Shown in pieces: positions 1 through 14,000 of a stretch of DNA of 64,000 bases. Below the pieces are notes generated by a model. That model did not search any database. It saw only the letters and a program-made list of their open reading frames with translations, and had not been told where the DNA came from. Numbering within the stretch: the stretch's first letter is position 1; each line of letters opens with the position of its first letter. Both the position numbers and the translations under genes were made by a program. The DNA comes from the human T2T-CHM13v2.0 reference genome, Homo sapiens. The stretch lies in the NCBI RefSeq assembly GCF_009914755.1, contig NC_060930.1. One strand, written 5' to 3'.

Positions 1-173
1 AAAAATTAGCTGGGAATGGTGGCACGTGCCTGTAGTTGCAGCTATTCAGGATGCTGAGGTGGGAGGATCACTTGAGCCCAGGAGGCAGAGGTTGCAGTGA
101 GCCTAGATCGCACCACTGCATTCTAGCCTGGACAATGGAGTCAGACCCTGCCTCAAAAGAGAAAAAAAAAAAA
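1..173 (+). mobile_element. Alu right arm (AluJ-like), cut by the window edge
   Basis: ggaggatcacttgagcccagg...poly(A). Confidence 0.85.
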
Positions 174-566
174 GCCTCCTAATTGATCTTTTCCCAGATG
201 CTCCTTGTCACATACTCTAAATGCCAACCCAAAATTGCTTGTAAAACCAGACACATAAAGTAATTCTCTATGTTTTTGCTTTTCCTTCATTTGCAACACC
301 TAGCCCCTCCCTTTCTCCTATATCCTACTCATCTTTTAAGACTGACCACTAGCCTCGACTCCTCCAAGAAGCTATCCCTGATACCTACACTTCCTTCATT
401 CTTTCCAATGTCAGCCTGGGTTATACGCTCCTCCTATTTTCCACAGTACTCTCTATAATATTTCCCTTACTACTCTATTTTATGTCCTCTGAGCTCTCTG
501 AATTCAATGACAGTATCTTCTCCACCTCTGAGTGTCCAGAACCTAGCACAAAGTAAACATTCACTA

Positions 567-968
<402 letters not shown>

Positions 969-1103
969 TTATTATTGTCTACTGTTCTGCATGATTATTA
1001 GATTTACTTGATTCTTGCAGTTACCAACTGGCATTTTTAAACCTAATTTCCCAAAATCTTGGCAAGTAATTCTTCAATTCCTTCATTTTAAGGAACATTT
1101 TTA

Positions 1104-1424
<321 letters not shown>

Positions 1425-1602
1425 TCACCCCCGTAATGCTTAACAGACATTTGCACTTGTAAGCAAGCATGCTGAAATATCTGTTCAAACTTAAAAAGTG
1501 CAAGAAATTAGATAAGCAATTATATTTAGGAAGTGTTCAAGCGCTAATGACTGGGGGTACAGGTGGGAAAGACAGAGTAAGTATAACAAAAGTTCAACCT
1601 AT

Positions 1603-1890
<288 letters not shown>

Positions 1891-1936
1891 CTATTTGGTT
1901 ATTGTTCATAACATTTCAATTAAAAAGTGAAATTCT

Positions 1937-2547
<611 letters not shown>

Positions 2548-2557
2548 TGCAATTCAC

Positions 2558-2840
<283 letters not shown>

Positions 2841-3663
2841 TGAAATTGACTATTTCATTGCTTCCTATAATTCCCAACTTTGACTTACCTTGGATTTCTT
2901 CTAAACTGTTCTAAATTAGTAAAATCAAGGTGTCTGGACTTTTCTGAAGCACTGTGTTCCAGTTACCTTTTTCCCCCAGAGTAAGTATTTTCAATCTCAA
3001 CTATTCTTTAAAAGTTCTAAATGTGATCACAGGATTTTATCTACTTGAGATAATTAAGTCTCATATGAACTTAAAGAGGCAATACTATGGGATTGTGAAA
3101 AGAACACTAAATCTGGAGTTAGTGAAAATTTTCAATCCTGATTTACTCATGACTGGGAAGATCTAACCTCCAGGTTCTACCACTCTCTAAAATTTAAAAT
3201 GAAAATTCCAGGATCTTGTCCAGATCCACTAGTGTGTGTATATATAAAGCACTCTATAAAATATCCAAATAGTGGTAATAACTAGAAAAATATAAAAATG
3301 CAATCTGTTGTTGAAACATTTAAACTAAGTCCATTGTCATATTTATTAAAATTATTTTCCCGTTATCATTATAACTAAGTCTAAACTTGTCACATTTGTA
3401 CTTATTCAATACTGACAACAATTTCAAAAATAAGAGGGGCTATCCCTGGGTTTTTCAATAGTTGTTGTGTGACTGCTAAGCAAAAGGCCTTTAAAAAAAT
3501 TTCACATATACTATACATACCCTGTTGTTCCTCTGCAATCCAATCAACCTTATCTGCATGTCTAGTATTATCTAACATTAATCTCTTCAAATCATTTCAG
3601 GAACAATACTGCTTCCAAAAGCAGTAATTTCAATTTAGAAGAACATCTTAAAAACAGAATACA

Positions 3664-3990
<327 letters not shown>

Positions 3991-4341
3991 GAATACCTTT
4001 GGAGCAAAAGAAAGCAAAATACTTCTATTTCAAAGATAAGGAAAATTCTCGTCACTCTGGAAAATAATTAAAATCATTCTTTTGAAATTCTGTAATACGT
4101 GAATATATGAATAGTAGTTTTTACTGTTAAAAGTGTCTCATGATACTTAGGTAAAACCAATGCAGCACAATGATAGGTTAAATAAAAATTCACTCTTCTT
4201 ATTCTGTGATTTTAAAGTATTATCTACTCTCTATGATACTTCTCCTTTGCTACTGCTACTGCTACTGGGACACAGTTGCCCACCACAATCGGCGTGGTCC
4301 TCTCACAAAACACGCAGAAAATCAACAGTAACAACGGAAAA

Positions 4342-4343
<2 letters not shown>

Positions 4344-4373
<30 letters not shown>
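4344..4373. repeat. (CA)15 microsatellite
   Basis: Read directly. Confidence 0.95.
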
Positions 4374-4375
<2 letters not shown>

Positions 4376-6460
4376 CTACAGTAACAAGACAAGAGGAAGA
4401 GGCAGTAGAAAGGGAAAAAGACTTTCTGACAAGGGGTAAGAGAGAGACAAAGGAAAGATAGAAGAGAGGAAAAATAAAAGGATAACAACAAAATCTGTTC
4501 TTCCAGAAATAATGATTTATGTTTATAAAACAGTTATGTTCCCAGAAAGTGAACCTTAGTATTACACAACAGAAAGTAATAAAGAGGCCAAGAATAAAAA
4601 CAACTGAGACAGCAGTGTCAGAAATATTCCAAACTCCAACTAATTTCATATAAACGTGTATTTTTCTCTGACCTAATCATCAATTTTATGTAAAAGACTA
4701 AAACTAATCAAGACACCTTACAGTACTAAATAAACAGTAATCACGAATCTTAGACATCACGGAAATTCAGAGCTGGAAATTTCCTTACCAATCGTCCAGC
4801 TCAACTTACACACCACTCAGAGGAAGAAACTGAGGCTCAGTCTTGTAAAATATCTACAACCACAAACAACTGCAGAACTCAGGAAATCTAGAATTCTTTG
4901 TTCATCTACACTGGCTCTGACTTTATGAGCAAATTATTTACTGTCAACCATAAATTTAAAATTATAAAATTCTGTCACATCTAACAATAGCTTTCTGGCA
5001 GCCAGATCAGAAGTAAACACCTCATAACATAGCACCGTTCACACAAATTAAAACATAAAAGTAGAAATACTTCACAAGGAAATTAACAAAAGGTCCTAAC
5101 TTGAGAAAAAACAAAGATTTGATATTGTGAATGAAACGTTCAGACGTTTAGATTAAGGAGGATAACACTTGGAAGTACTTCTTTGGATGTATGGCGAGAA
5201 TAAAAAGAATGTTCAACAAGGCCTATTTTTGTGCGTGATTCTTTGCAGCCAAATCATTTGGTAGATTTCTATTGCCATTCGCCTTTCTGATTAAATAGTA
5301 ACTTACTTATCAAGCTTCTTCTCAAATTTCAGTCCCGTATAAGTTAAGAATTTAACCACAAGGTTGTTTATCTCCTCTACATACATGTCACTAGGATCTG
5401 AGTAGACCCCTTTACAGCCAATCAAAGTGAGGCTGCCGTGAATGTAAAAGCTTCTGCTTTAGGTTTGGGGCCTAAAACCCTGGATTTGTTTCCAGACAAG
5501 ACTGATACGTTAGGTTGATTTTTTTTTCTTCCACACAAGTAAACTTGATACATGCTATTAAATTGGGCTACATTTCAATAGTTCCCATAGCAATTCATAA
5601 TTTTATATACAACTGATTTGCTTCCAGCTTTGTTTTAACCTAGGAGAGGTAGGTGAGGGAGGAAAGGGGCAAGCACAAGCCTAAGGTTGTTGTTTTTAAC
5701 TGCAAGTGCAAAACATAAGCCAATTTTCTTCAAAATACTAAGCTGCATTTTGTTCCATCTTCGTTTTCAACAAGACTTCATGTGATATCAACACCTAAGG
5801 ACCTGTATAGGGCACTTCCAATCGGGAGGGGTAGGTTTCTGCTCCCCTAAGAAAAAGGGTGTTCCTGGGGTTCCCTTCTCTTACCCTCCCGGTTGCTTTT
5901 ACTAAAATATATTGATGGCAAACTTGGGCCCCTTGTCCTTTTGTCCCCCTAGACAATCTCTGGCCTAATTTTGATTACTCCTCCCCCTGTGTATCCCTGC
6001 TCTCTCTTAATTAGAAATCATACCTCAGAATCGTGCCTCTCTTCCCCCCTTGTAAGAGGAGAACGCCTGACCCACCACCTGGAGAACAATGTAACCCAAC
6101 TCCGAGTCCATGGATTCCTCTACCCAAGCCCCAAGATTTATCTCCCAGGGAAATCAGAAAGCCAGTTCTGTCCTGTCATCCCGGATTCCCTCAAGGTGTC
6201 CTGCTCCTGGTCTAGGATTACCAGCTCCTTTCTACCCTGGGGCATTCTACTCACCTTCCTTTTCCAAGAATCTCGCCCCTCACCCTCGGACCCTTCACCG
6301 CGACCCCCGCGCCCACCCGGAGCAGCACAACAGGCGGCGAGTGGCCTCCGAGGGCAGAGCCCGCGAGGGCGGGGGTCGGGGGCGGGTCGAGAGCGGCGCA
6401 GCGGCGGCCGGCCACGTCGGGTCAGTGCCCCACTCCCACCGCAGGACACACGCCCAGTAC

Positions 6461-7031
6461 CTTTGTAGTGCACCCGCAGGTTGTTCTGAGAGAGGCCGAT
6501 GTAGCTGAACTTGTCCTTCGGGCTCCAGGACCGAGGCAGCGGCGTCTCTTGTTCGTCCACGGCCGGGTAGAGACGCTTCAGCCGCCGCTGCAACTCCTTC
6601 TCCTGCTCGTTCAGGGCCGAGTCCCCGTGAGGGAAGGGGGCCGCGGCGCTGCTGCCCGCCACCAGAGCTGGGGTCGGGGCTCCTCCAGCCGGGCCGGGGC
6701 CCGCTGCAAGGCCCGGGGGAGCGGGCGGCCCGCTGGCGGGGGCAGCCGCTGAGGCAGGGGGAGGCGGGGGCGGCGGCGGGGGCGGCGGGGCCGCGGTGGC
6801 CGGGGGCGGCGGCGGCGGAGGGTGGAGGAGCAGGGCGGCCGCCGCGGCCCCTAAGCCTTCGCCGCCCGCACCGCCGCCGGGCGAGCCGGCCGGAGAAGAG
6901 CCGGCGCTGACGGCCGGGGGCGCCGGCAGGACGACTCCGGAGACTGGGGCCAAGGCCGCCGGCGGTGGCGGCGACAGCTGCTGCTGCTGTTGCTGCTGCT
7001 GCGGCGGCGGCGGCGGCGGCTGCCCGGACAT
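6461..7031 (-). CDS. RANBP9: RANBP9 (RanBPM) coding exon 1: Pro/Gln/Ala-rich N-terminus plus start of the PRY/SPRY region; 571 nt, phase-1 donor
   Basis: Translation [24 protein letters not shown]...[41 protein letters not shown] matches RanBPM as I recall it. Donor AAG/GTACTG at 6461/6460. In-frame TGA 12 nt upstream of the ATG (7044-7046). Confidence 0.97.
6978..7019 (-). repeat. Coding trinucleotide tract (CCG)6(CAG)3CAA(CAG)4 = P6Q8
   Basis: Read directly from the sequence. Confidence 0.95.
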
Positions 7032-8609
7032 CCCGGCCGCGACTCAGCCTGCGGCCACCTCCACCTCTTCTCTCCTTCCTCCTCTGCTTCCCGGGGGCGC
7101 TGTCGCTGCGGCCGCCGGCACCAGGCGCCCAGTCCGCCCGCCCCGGAAGCAGGCGGCGGGCCGCGCGCCCAGGGAGACCGCGGCGGTTGAGGAGCTCGGA
7201 GACGCGGGAGTAGGCGGCGGGCCCGGGAGGCCGGGAGAGAACGTTGGCCGGAGCGCGGGCGCGCGGCCCGGGGACGAGGCGCCGAGGGCGGGGGCGACGC
7301 GGGAGCGCGGGAGGGGAAGGCGCGCTGGCGGCCGCCGCGGCCGCTGCTCTCGCGGCTGTTTCCCGGCGGGCGGGCCGGGCCGGCGCGAGACGCTGCGCGC
7401 GGGCGGCGCTAGGCGAGGGGGCGGGACGGAGGCGCGAGAGAGGCGCGAGCGGTGCGAGGGGGCGGGCCGCGGGGCTCCCGGCTGTGCGCCGCGAGGCGTC
7501 CTCCCGGGCCCGCCAGTCGCTCGTGGGCAGGATCGCTGGGCTCCCGGCGCCGCAGGTCCCTTCGGAGGTGTCCGCCTCCTCTCCCTTGGCGGCCGCCGTC
7601 GCCCCCCTCGCCGGCGAATCCCCTCCCACTTGACTTCTTTTTGTTGTCGTCGCCCCACCTCCCCACCGTAGGGCTCCTCGGAGCCGAGGCGCCGCTTCTC
7701 GTCCAGGCGAGAGTAATCGAGCCCCGCTGGGGCCGCCGCGAGCCCAGGCCCCGGGGCGCTCTAGGACCCGTCGGCCCGGGGCGTGCGGAGCGGCTCAGGC
7801 TCCCCGCGCAGTGCTGCTAGCTCTCGCCTCAGTCCCGTTCCCGTTTGCCGCCTCCCTCCAAAGAGGAACGCATTGCCTTTGGTACTTCAGTGTTTAATTC
7901 CGTAGCATTGACCATATGGGCAGTAGAAACCACTTCTGAAGGCAGTCTCCCACTTAGAATAGTGACTGTTTCATTAATTAATTTTACGAGGACTCACAGT
8001 GAACTTAACAGTGGTAGAAGATGTCATTAATAAAGACCGGCATATCTTCAAAAAGCAGGAGCAGGCACTGTATGAATACAAGATTATAGTGTGTGTTTAG
8101 GAAGGGCTTCTAGAGACGTCAGAACATTTTATAGACTCGTTAATTTTCATAACAGGGTTCTTAGGTAACAGAAAATTATGCCCATTTTTAAAACAAGGAA
8201 ATATTTACCGAGATCAGCAGAGTCAAAAATAGGACTTCCTACTTTGCAATTCCCAATAGAATGCTTCGTCGACTAATTTGGCACAACTTGCCAAGTGTTG
8301 CTCTCTGACCCATCATAACATTACTACTTTGTTTTCACCACTTCCCTTTGTTTAGCTTATCCCTCCCTAGCTGGCAAAATCAGGCTTTGCATATGTAAAT
8401 TGTGTGATGTAAATTCTGATATTTTGTTTGCTTCCAAAGATATGATGGTAATCATTTGGTCAAATAAGAAATGTTTTGCCGAAGAGAAAATTATTTCGTT
8501 TTGAAGAAGGTAGGCCAAAGGTGATTTAATTTAAGGCCAAGATTATCTGGCCAGAACAAATAACAGAGTCATTCGGCCTAATTTCTCCCTCAGTTACCCA
8601 GACAACTAG

Positions 8610-8912
<303 letters not shown>

Positions 8913-10114
8913 TCTGTTGTAGTTTGATAGAAATATCCATTAATTTTAACCTGTTGTTTGATGACTTTTTTTAAACCACTGCACTTTGAATCACATGATG
9001 TCACTGTATTTACAGTGTTCTAACACTTTCATTTATATTACAGTAACAATGAGTTCAATGTAAGCCAAGCTCTATTTAAATGTACGATAGCCATGTTAGA
9101 ATAAATGGGCTCCAGACGTCATTAAACTTTCTTGAAACACTTTTGAAGATGTACTTTTTTTCTGTCAGCACACTTAGGAACTATCTAGAACTTTCCGTAT
9201 CTTAGGAACAGCTGAAGGAATAGAATTGTCTAACATTTTGTTGGAAGCATTTTATAAGGGGGACTGGTGGTTCTCCATCAAGAAATTAATGATTTCAGTT
9301 GTGGGGGAGGATGCTGTGAAATGAGTACTTTCTCATATAGAAGGAGATAGAGAACATTGATAACGTCCTTTTGGAAAGCTACATACTTGGTTATATTTAT
9401 AAGGAGACATAAAGGAGTTCATACCTTTTGACTTATCTATCAAAAAGCCAAACAACACAATCTAAATATGAAAATACTTTAGGCTGAAAAATGTTCCACA
9501 AGAAGTATTAATGGTAGATTAAATATAGAAGCAAATCAAATGCCCAACCGGAAGAGACTAGAAGAAATTCTAGTCACATGTGAAATTCTAATCACATACC
9601 CCACTCAGTGGAGTTATGCTACAGGAGCACATATAGCACATTCGTGCCATTTTTTTTTAAGGTATCCCTTCTGGGCAGTGGAAGTGCCAAAAGAGGTCAA
9701 CCAATTAGAAAAAGGCACCCCTTCCTCTTGACTTAGTGGATCCTGGGCCCACCTTCAGACCCACTCTCTCCAGGCTTCTTGCACAGGCACAGCCTGAAAC
9801 AAATATTTTATGGCCTCTTAAAAATATGTTATTGAAGACATAGAAAAATGATTATGATATGCTAAATGAAAAGAGGCAATACGATAATTATAGCACTGCC
9901 AAAATCATTACCAAAAAGACATGAAGGAAAAATTGTAAAATGTTTCCATAATGGACAATTATAATGCATTATTAAAAGTAATGTACTTTTATTATGAAAA
10001 TAATAGAATTGTACATAGATATGTAAATAGTAAAAATCCATTAGCCATGAACATATCCACACCCTTCTTGAACCTATGTTTTCAGTCTTTACCATGTATT
10101 GCTCTAATATTACC

Positions 10115-10450
10115 CAGTATCTGTATCTGCTGGGTTTCTCAGTATCGAACAATAGGAACCAATTCTGGCTCTCTTAAGCAAAAAAGGAACTTACTGGAAA
10201 GATATTAGATGGTTCTCAGAATTGACCAGAAGGCTGGACAAGCAGGCCTGAAAACTGACAATGGCCAAAGGAGGAGAGGCTGCATAAATAGACTGGCCTG
10301 GACCCCAGCACTGATCACAGAAATCACTGCCAGATGTCACCTTCAACACCTGGACTCTTATCTCTCTGACCTCCAGCCTTTACACCACTCACTCAAGTTT
10401 CAAAGTCACCAAGCCTAGATTGTGTGCCCATGCCAGAATACACCAGCAAG
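10115..10450 (-). mobile_element. Old MaLR LTR fragment (MLT1J/K-like)
   Basis: aaccaattctggct..ttaagcaaaaaaggaacttactggaa resembles a reversed MLT1J/K end. Confidence 0.4.
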
Positions 10451-10827
10451 CAGAGATTCCCAGGTTATCCAGTGACTGGGTTACAGAGATGCTACGTTAT
10501 TGATAACTTCAGCTCAGGGTGGGCCTTGAGTGGTTACAGCCACCAGAACTGGTCCCTTCCAACAGTGAGCAGTCTTGTGCATTCAGAGTACCATACACAT
10601 CTTATTTTCTGTGCATGGCATAACATGAAAATGTTTAGGACACATTGCCCTAGTGGAAAAGGGCCACTGGTGCCCACAGTAGAGGATTTTCCATACTAGG
10701 AAAGATACTAGGAAAGAGGTAAGATGCTGACCAGCCTGTTTCAGTCAATGCCCATGACAGTATCCTTCTGAGTACTGGAAAATGTTATGGCAATGTGTGC
10801 CAAGATCTATAGTATGGTTTTAGGGTC

Positions 10828-11388
10828 TGGATTAGTTATCTATGGCTGCAGAATAAATAATCCTCAAATTTAGTGGCTTAAAATAACGTTTATTATCACA
10901 CATTTTCTGTGGGTCAGGAATCTGGCACAACTTCACTGGATCCTCTGCTTCAGGGTCTCTCATGAGCATTAAAGGTGTCAGTTGGGGTTGCAGTCATCTC
11001 AAGACTTGACTGGGGAAGAATCCACTTTCACACTCACTGATGTGGTTATCACACTCATTGATGCAGTTCCTTGAGGGCTGCTGGACTAAGGGATTCAGTT
11101 TCTTGTTGGCTATTGGCCAGAAGTGGCCCATGATGCCTTGCCACATGGGCACCTTCAACATGGCAGCTTGCTTCATGAAAGCATGCAAGCCAAGGCAATC
11201 GTGGCAAGACAAAAGTTACAGTGTTTTGTAACCCAACCACGGAAGTGACATCCCATCACTTTTGCCATATGTTTGTTAGAAGTGAGTCATCAGTTTCATC
11301 CCATATTCAAGGGGAGGGGATTACACAAGGCTATGAACACAAGAAGGTGAGGATCATTGAAGGCCGTCTTTGGAAACTGACTCATACA
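10828..11388 (-). mobile_element. MaLR LTR, MLT1F-like
   Basis: attagttatctatggctgc..caaatttagtggcttaaaa..atggcagcttgcttc..ttagaagtgagtca. Confidence 0.75.
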
Positions 11389-11459
11389 GGGTCCTTGTAA
11401 CTTCCAGTGACCCTGGGGAACTGCACTTGCCACATTCACATCAAATATGGATTCTAGAC

Positions 11460-11680
11460 CAGGGATCAGCAAACTTTTTCTGTAACAGGTTAGATAGTGA
11501 ATATTTTAGGCTCTGCGGAACATAGTTACCTGTCGCAACTACTCAATTTTGCCATTGTAAATGAAAGTAACCATAGATGATACATAAACAAACGGGCATG
11601 GCTGTGATCCCGCAAAACTTTATTTACAAACATAGGGAGCAGCCTGGATTTGCCCTACAGGCTTCAGTTTGTGATTCCTG
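11460..11680. mobile_element. MER58A-like hAT-Charlie MITE
   Basis: Terminal inverted repeats cagggatcagcaaact / agtttgtgattcctg; 8-bp TSD ttctagac / ttccagac. Confidence 0.85.
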
Positions 11681-12093
11681 TTCCAGACTATTACATCAAC
11701 GTTCCTTATAAACCATTCTCAACACTAAAAATGAAGGCCAAGTCACTAGCAATGAAATCCTAGGAGTCAACAAATTCATTTTATTACCCACAATGCGTGC
11801 TGCACTCCAGTGTCCGAGGCAGCCTGATGCCACACGAATGGAGTAAGCATATTTCTGCACGTAGTGTGGCAAATTCAAATGGATGACAAATGGCTGAACA
11901 ATGTTAGTAAACTATAGCAATAAAGGGTCCAAGTTTGGGAAAGTTCTCAGTCAGCATTTATGAAGCACCTGTTATGTTGGAACCCTGGGTCCTGTCTTCT
12001 CTAGGCAGGGAATGAAGAAAAGAGGCAAGACAGATTACAAAGAAAAACAGCAGTATGGAATCTACTTCTTCGGTGAACAGTCTAGTTGGAAAG

Positions 12094-13982
12094 TGATACG
12101 GTTTTGAGAGATGACAGCATGTTGGGAGCCCTCGCTCACTCTGGGTGCCTCCTCGGCCTCGGCACCCACACTGGCCGCGCTTGAGGAGCCCTTCAGCCCG
12201 CCGCTGCACTGTAGGAGCCCCTCTCTGGACTGGCCGAGACTGGAGCCGGCTCCCTCTGCTTGTGGGGAGGCGTGAAGGAAGAGCTGCGGGCGGAAACCGG
12301 GGCTGTGCGCGGCGCTCGCGGGCCAGGGCAAGTTCCGGGTGGGCAGGGGCTCAGCAGGCCCCGCACTCGGAGCGGCCGCCTGGCACCGCCGGCCTCAGGC
12401 AGTGACGGGCTTAGCACACGTGCCAGCAGCTGCAGAGGGTGCGCCGGGTCCCCCAGCAGTGCCGGCCTGCCGGCGCTGCGCTGGGATTCTCACCGGGCCT
12501 CAGCTGCCTCTCCGCGGGGCAGGGCTCTGGACCTGCCAGCCCGCCATGCCCGAGCCTCCCCACCGCCATGGGCTCCTGCACTGCCCGAAGCCTCTCCGAC
12601 AAGCGCCGCCCCTTGCTCCGTGGCACCCCGTCCCGACTGCTCAAGGGCTGAGGAGTACGGGTGCCCGATGCGGGACTGACGGGCAGCTTCGCCTTTGGCG
12701 TGGGTGCGGGATCCACCAGGTGAAGCCAGCGGAGTCTCTGAGTCTAGCTGGGATTTGAAGAACTTTTATGTCTAGCTGGAGGATTGTATACACACCAATC
12801 AGCACCGTGTCTAGCTCAAGGTTTGTAAATGCACCAATCAGTGCTGTGTCTAGTTAATCTGGTGGGGACTTGGAGAACCTTTACGTCTGGCTAAAGGATT
12901 GTAAATACACCAGTCAGCACTCCGTGTCTAGCTAAAGGTTTGTAAACACACCAATGAGCACCCTGTGTCTAGCTCAAGGTTTGTAAATGCACCAATCAGT
13001 GCTCTGTGTCTAGCTAATCTAGTGGGGACTTGGAGAACTTTTGTGTCTGGCTCAGGGATTGTAAACGCACCAATTAGCACCCTGTCAAAAGGGACCAATC
13101 AGCTCTCTGTAAAACGGACCAATCAGCAGGATGTGGGTGGGGCCAGATAAGGGAATAAAAGCAGGCTGCCCGAGCCAGTTGTAGTACCACGCTGGGGTAC
13201 CCTTACGCTTTATGGAGTGTTTGTTATTTTGCTGTTTGTCATAAATCTAGTTGCTGCTTACTCTTTGGGCTTGTACTGCGTTTATGAACTGTAACACTGA
13301 CTGTAAAGGTCTGCACTTTCATTCTTGAGGCTGGGGTGGTCAGTAACTGACTGCAAAAAATAAACTATTCTGGAGGAGAAGAAGGAATAATTCAATGCGC
13401 CACCTCTAAAAGCTATAACGCTTGTCACGAAAGTCTGCAGCTTCACTCCTGAAGCCAGTGAGACCACAAACCCACCAGTAAAGGAGAGACTGCATATGTC
13501 TGACCATCAGAAGCAAGAAACTCCAGACACACACCACCTTTAAAAACTTAACAGTCACCAGGAGGGTCTGTGGTTTTTCTTGAAGTCAGTGGGAACAAGA
13601 ACCCACCAGTTTTGGACAGTTTGGTGGTGTCCCCACCCAAATCTCATCTTGAATTACAGTTGTGATGATCCCCATGTGTCGTGGGAGAGACCTAGTGGGA
13701 GGTAATTGAGTCATGGGGTTACCTACCTTCATGCTGTTCTCATGATAGTGAGGTCTCACCAGATCTGGTGGTTTTACAACGGTCTTTATCTGCCTGTTTT
13801 TTTCTGCACTTTTCTTTGCTGCTGTCTTGTGAGGAAGGATGTGCTTGTGTCCGTTTCCACCGTGGTTGTAAGTTTCCTGAGGCCGCCTCAGCCATGCTGA
13901 ACTGTGAGTCAAACCTCTTTTGTTTATGAATTACCCAGTCTCAGAAATGTCTTTATTAGCAATGTGAGACTGGACTAATGCA
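12094..13982 (+). mobile_element. THE1-family MaLR LTR (12094-12104 plus 13619-13982), split by LTR12
   Basis: tgatacggttt | ggtggtgtccccacccaaatctcatcttgaat...ggactaatgca matches the THE1 consensus ends. Confidence 0.85.
12105..13618 (+). mobile_element. Solo LTR12 (ERV9, LTR12C/D/E-like)
   Basis: TGAGAGATGACAGC start, GC-rich U3, tandem CCAAT repeats, gataagggaataaaagcaggc, ...aagaacccaccagttttggaca end; 4-bp TSD GTTT. Confidence 0.93.
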
Positions 13983-14000
13983 GAGTGGTGAGATGATTAA

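Larger units (their letters stand above)
6280..7855. promoter_or_regulatory. RANBP9: CpG-island promoter and 5'UTR of RANBP9 (no TATA seen; GC boxes, ETS site)
   Basis: Very GC- and CpG-rich. GGGGCGGG boxes near 7417 and 7458, CCGGAAG at 7143-7149. No minus-strand ATG seen between 7032 and ~7870. Confidence 0.92.

Noticed and set aside
6138-7031. 297-aa ORF as the full protein
   Set aside because: Similarity to RanBPM stops at HYKG, where a GT donor sits; the rest is intron read-through.
5971-7820. Long overlapping ORFs in the CpG island (e.g. 444, 291 and 204 aa)
   Set aside because: Low-complexity Arg/Pro/Ala/Gly products; the starts I checked are GTG. GC-rich DNA lacks stops. The 204-aa frame ends in TGA 12 nt before the RANBP9 ATG, so there is no N-terminal extension.
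12062-12758. ORFs in the GC-rich LTR12 U3 (also 38530-39335)
   Set aside because: Non-coding LTR sequence; the frames are open because of GC content.
12770-13130. Regularly spaced repeats resembling a CRISPR array
   Set aside because: These are the tandem CCAAT-containing U3 repeats of LTR12; no unique spacers, no cas genes, eukaryotic DNA.
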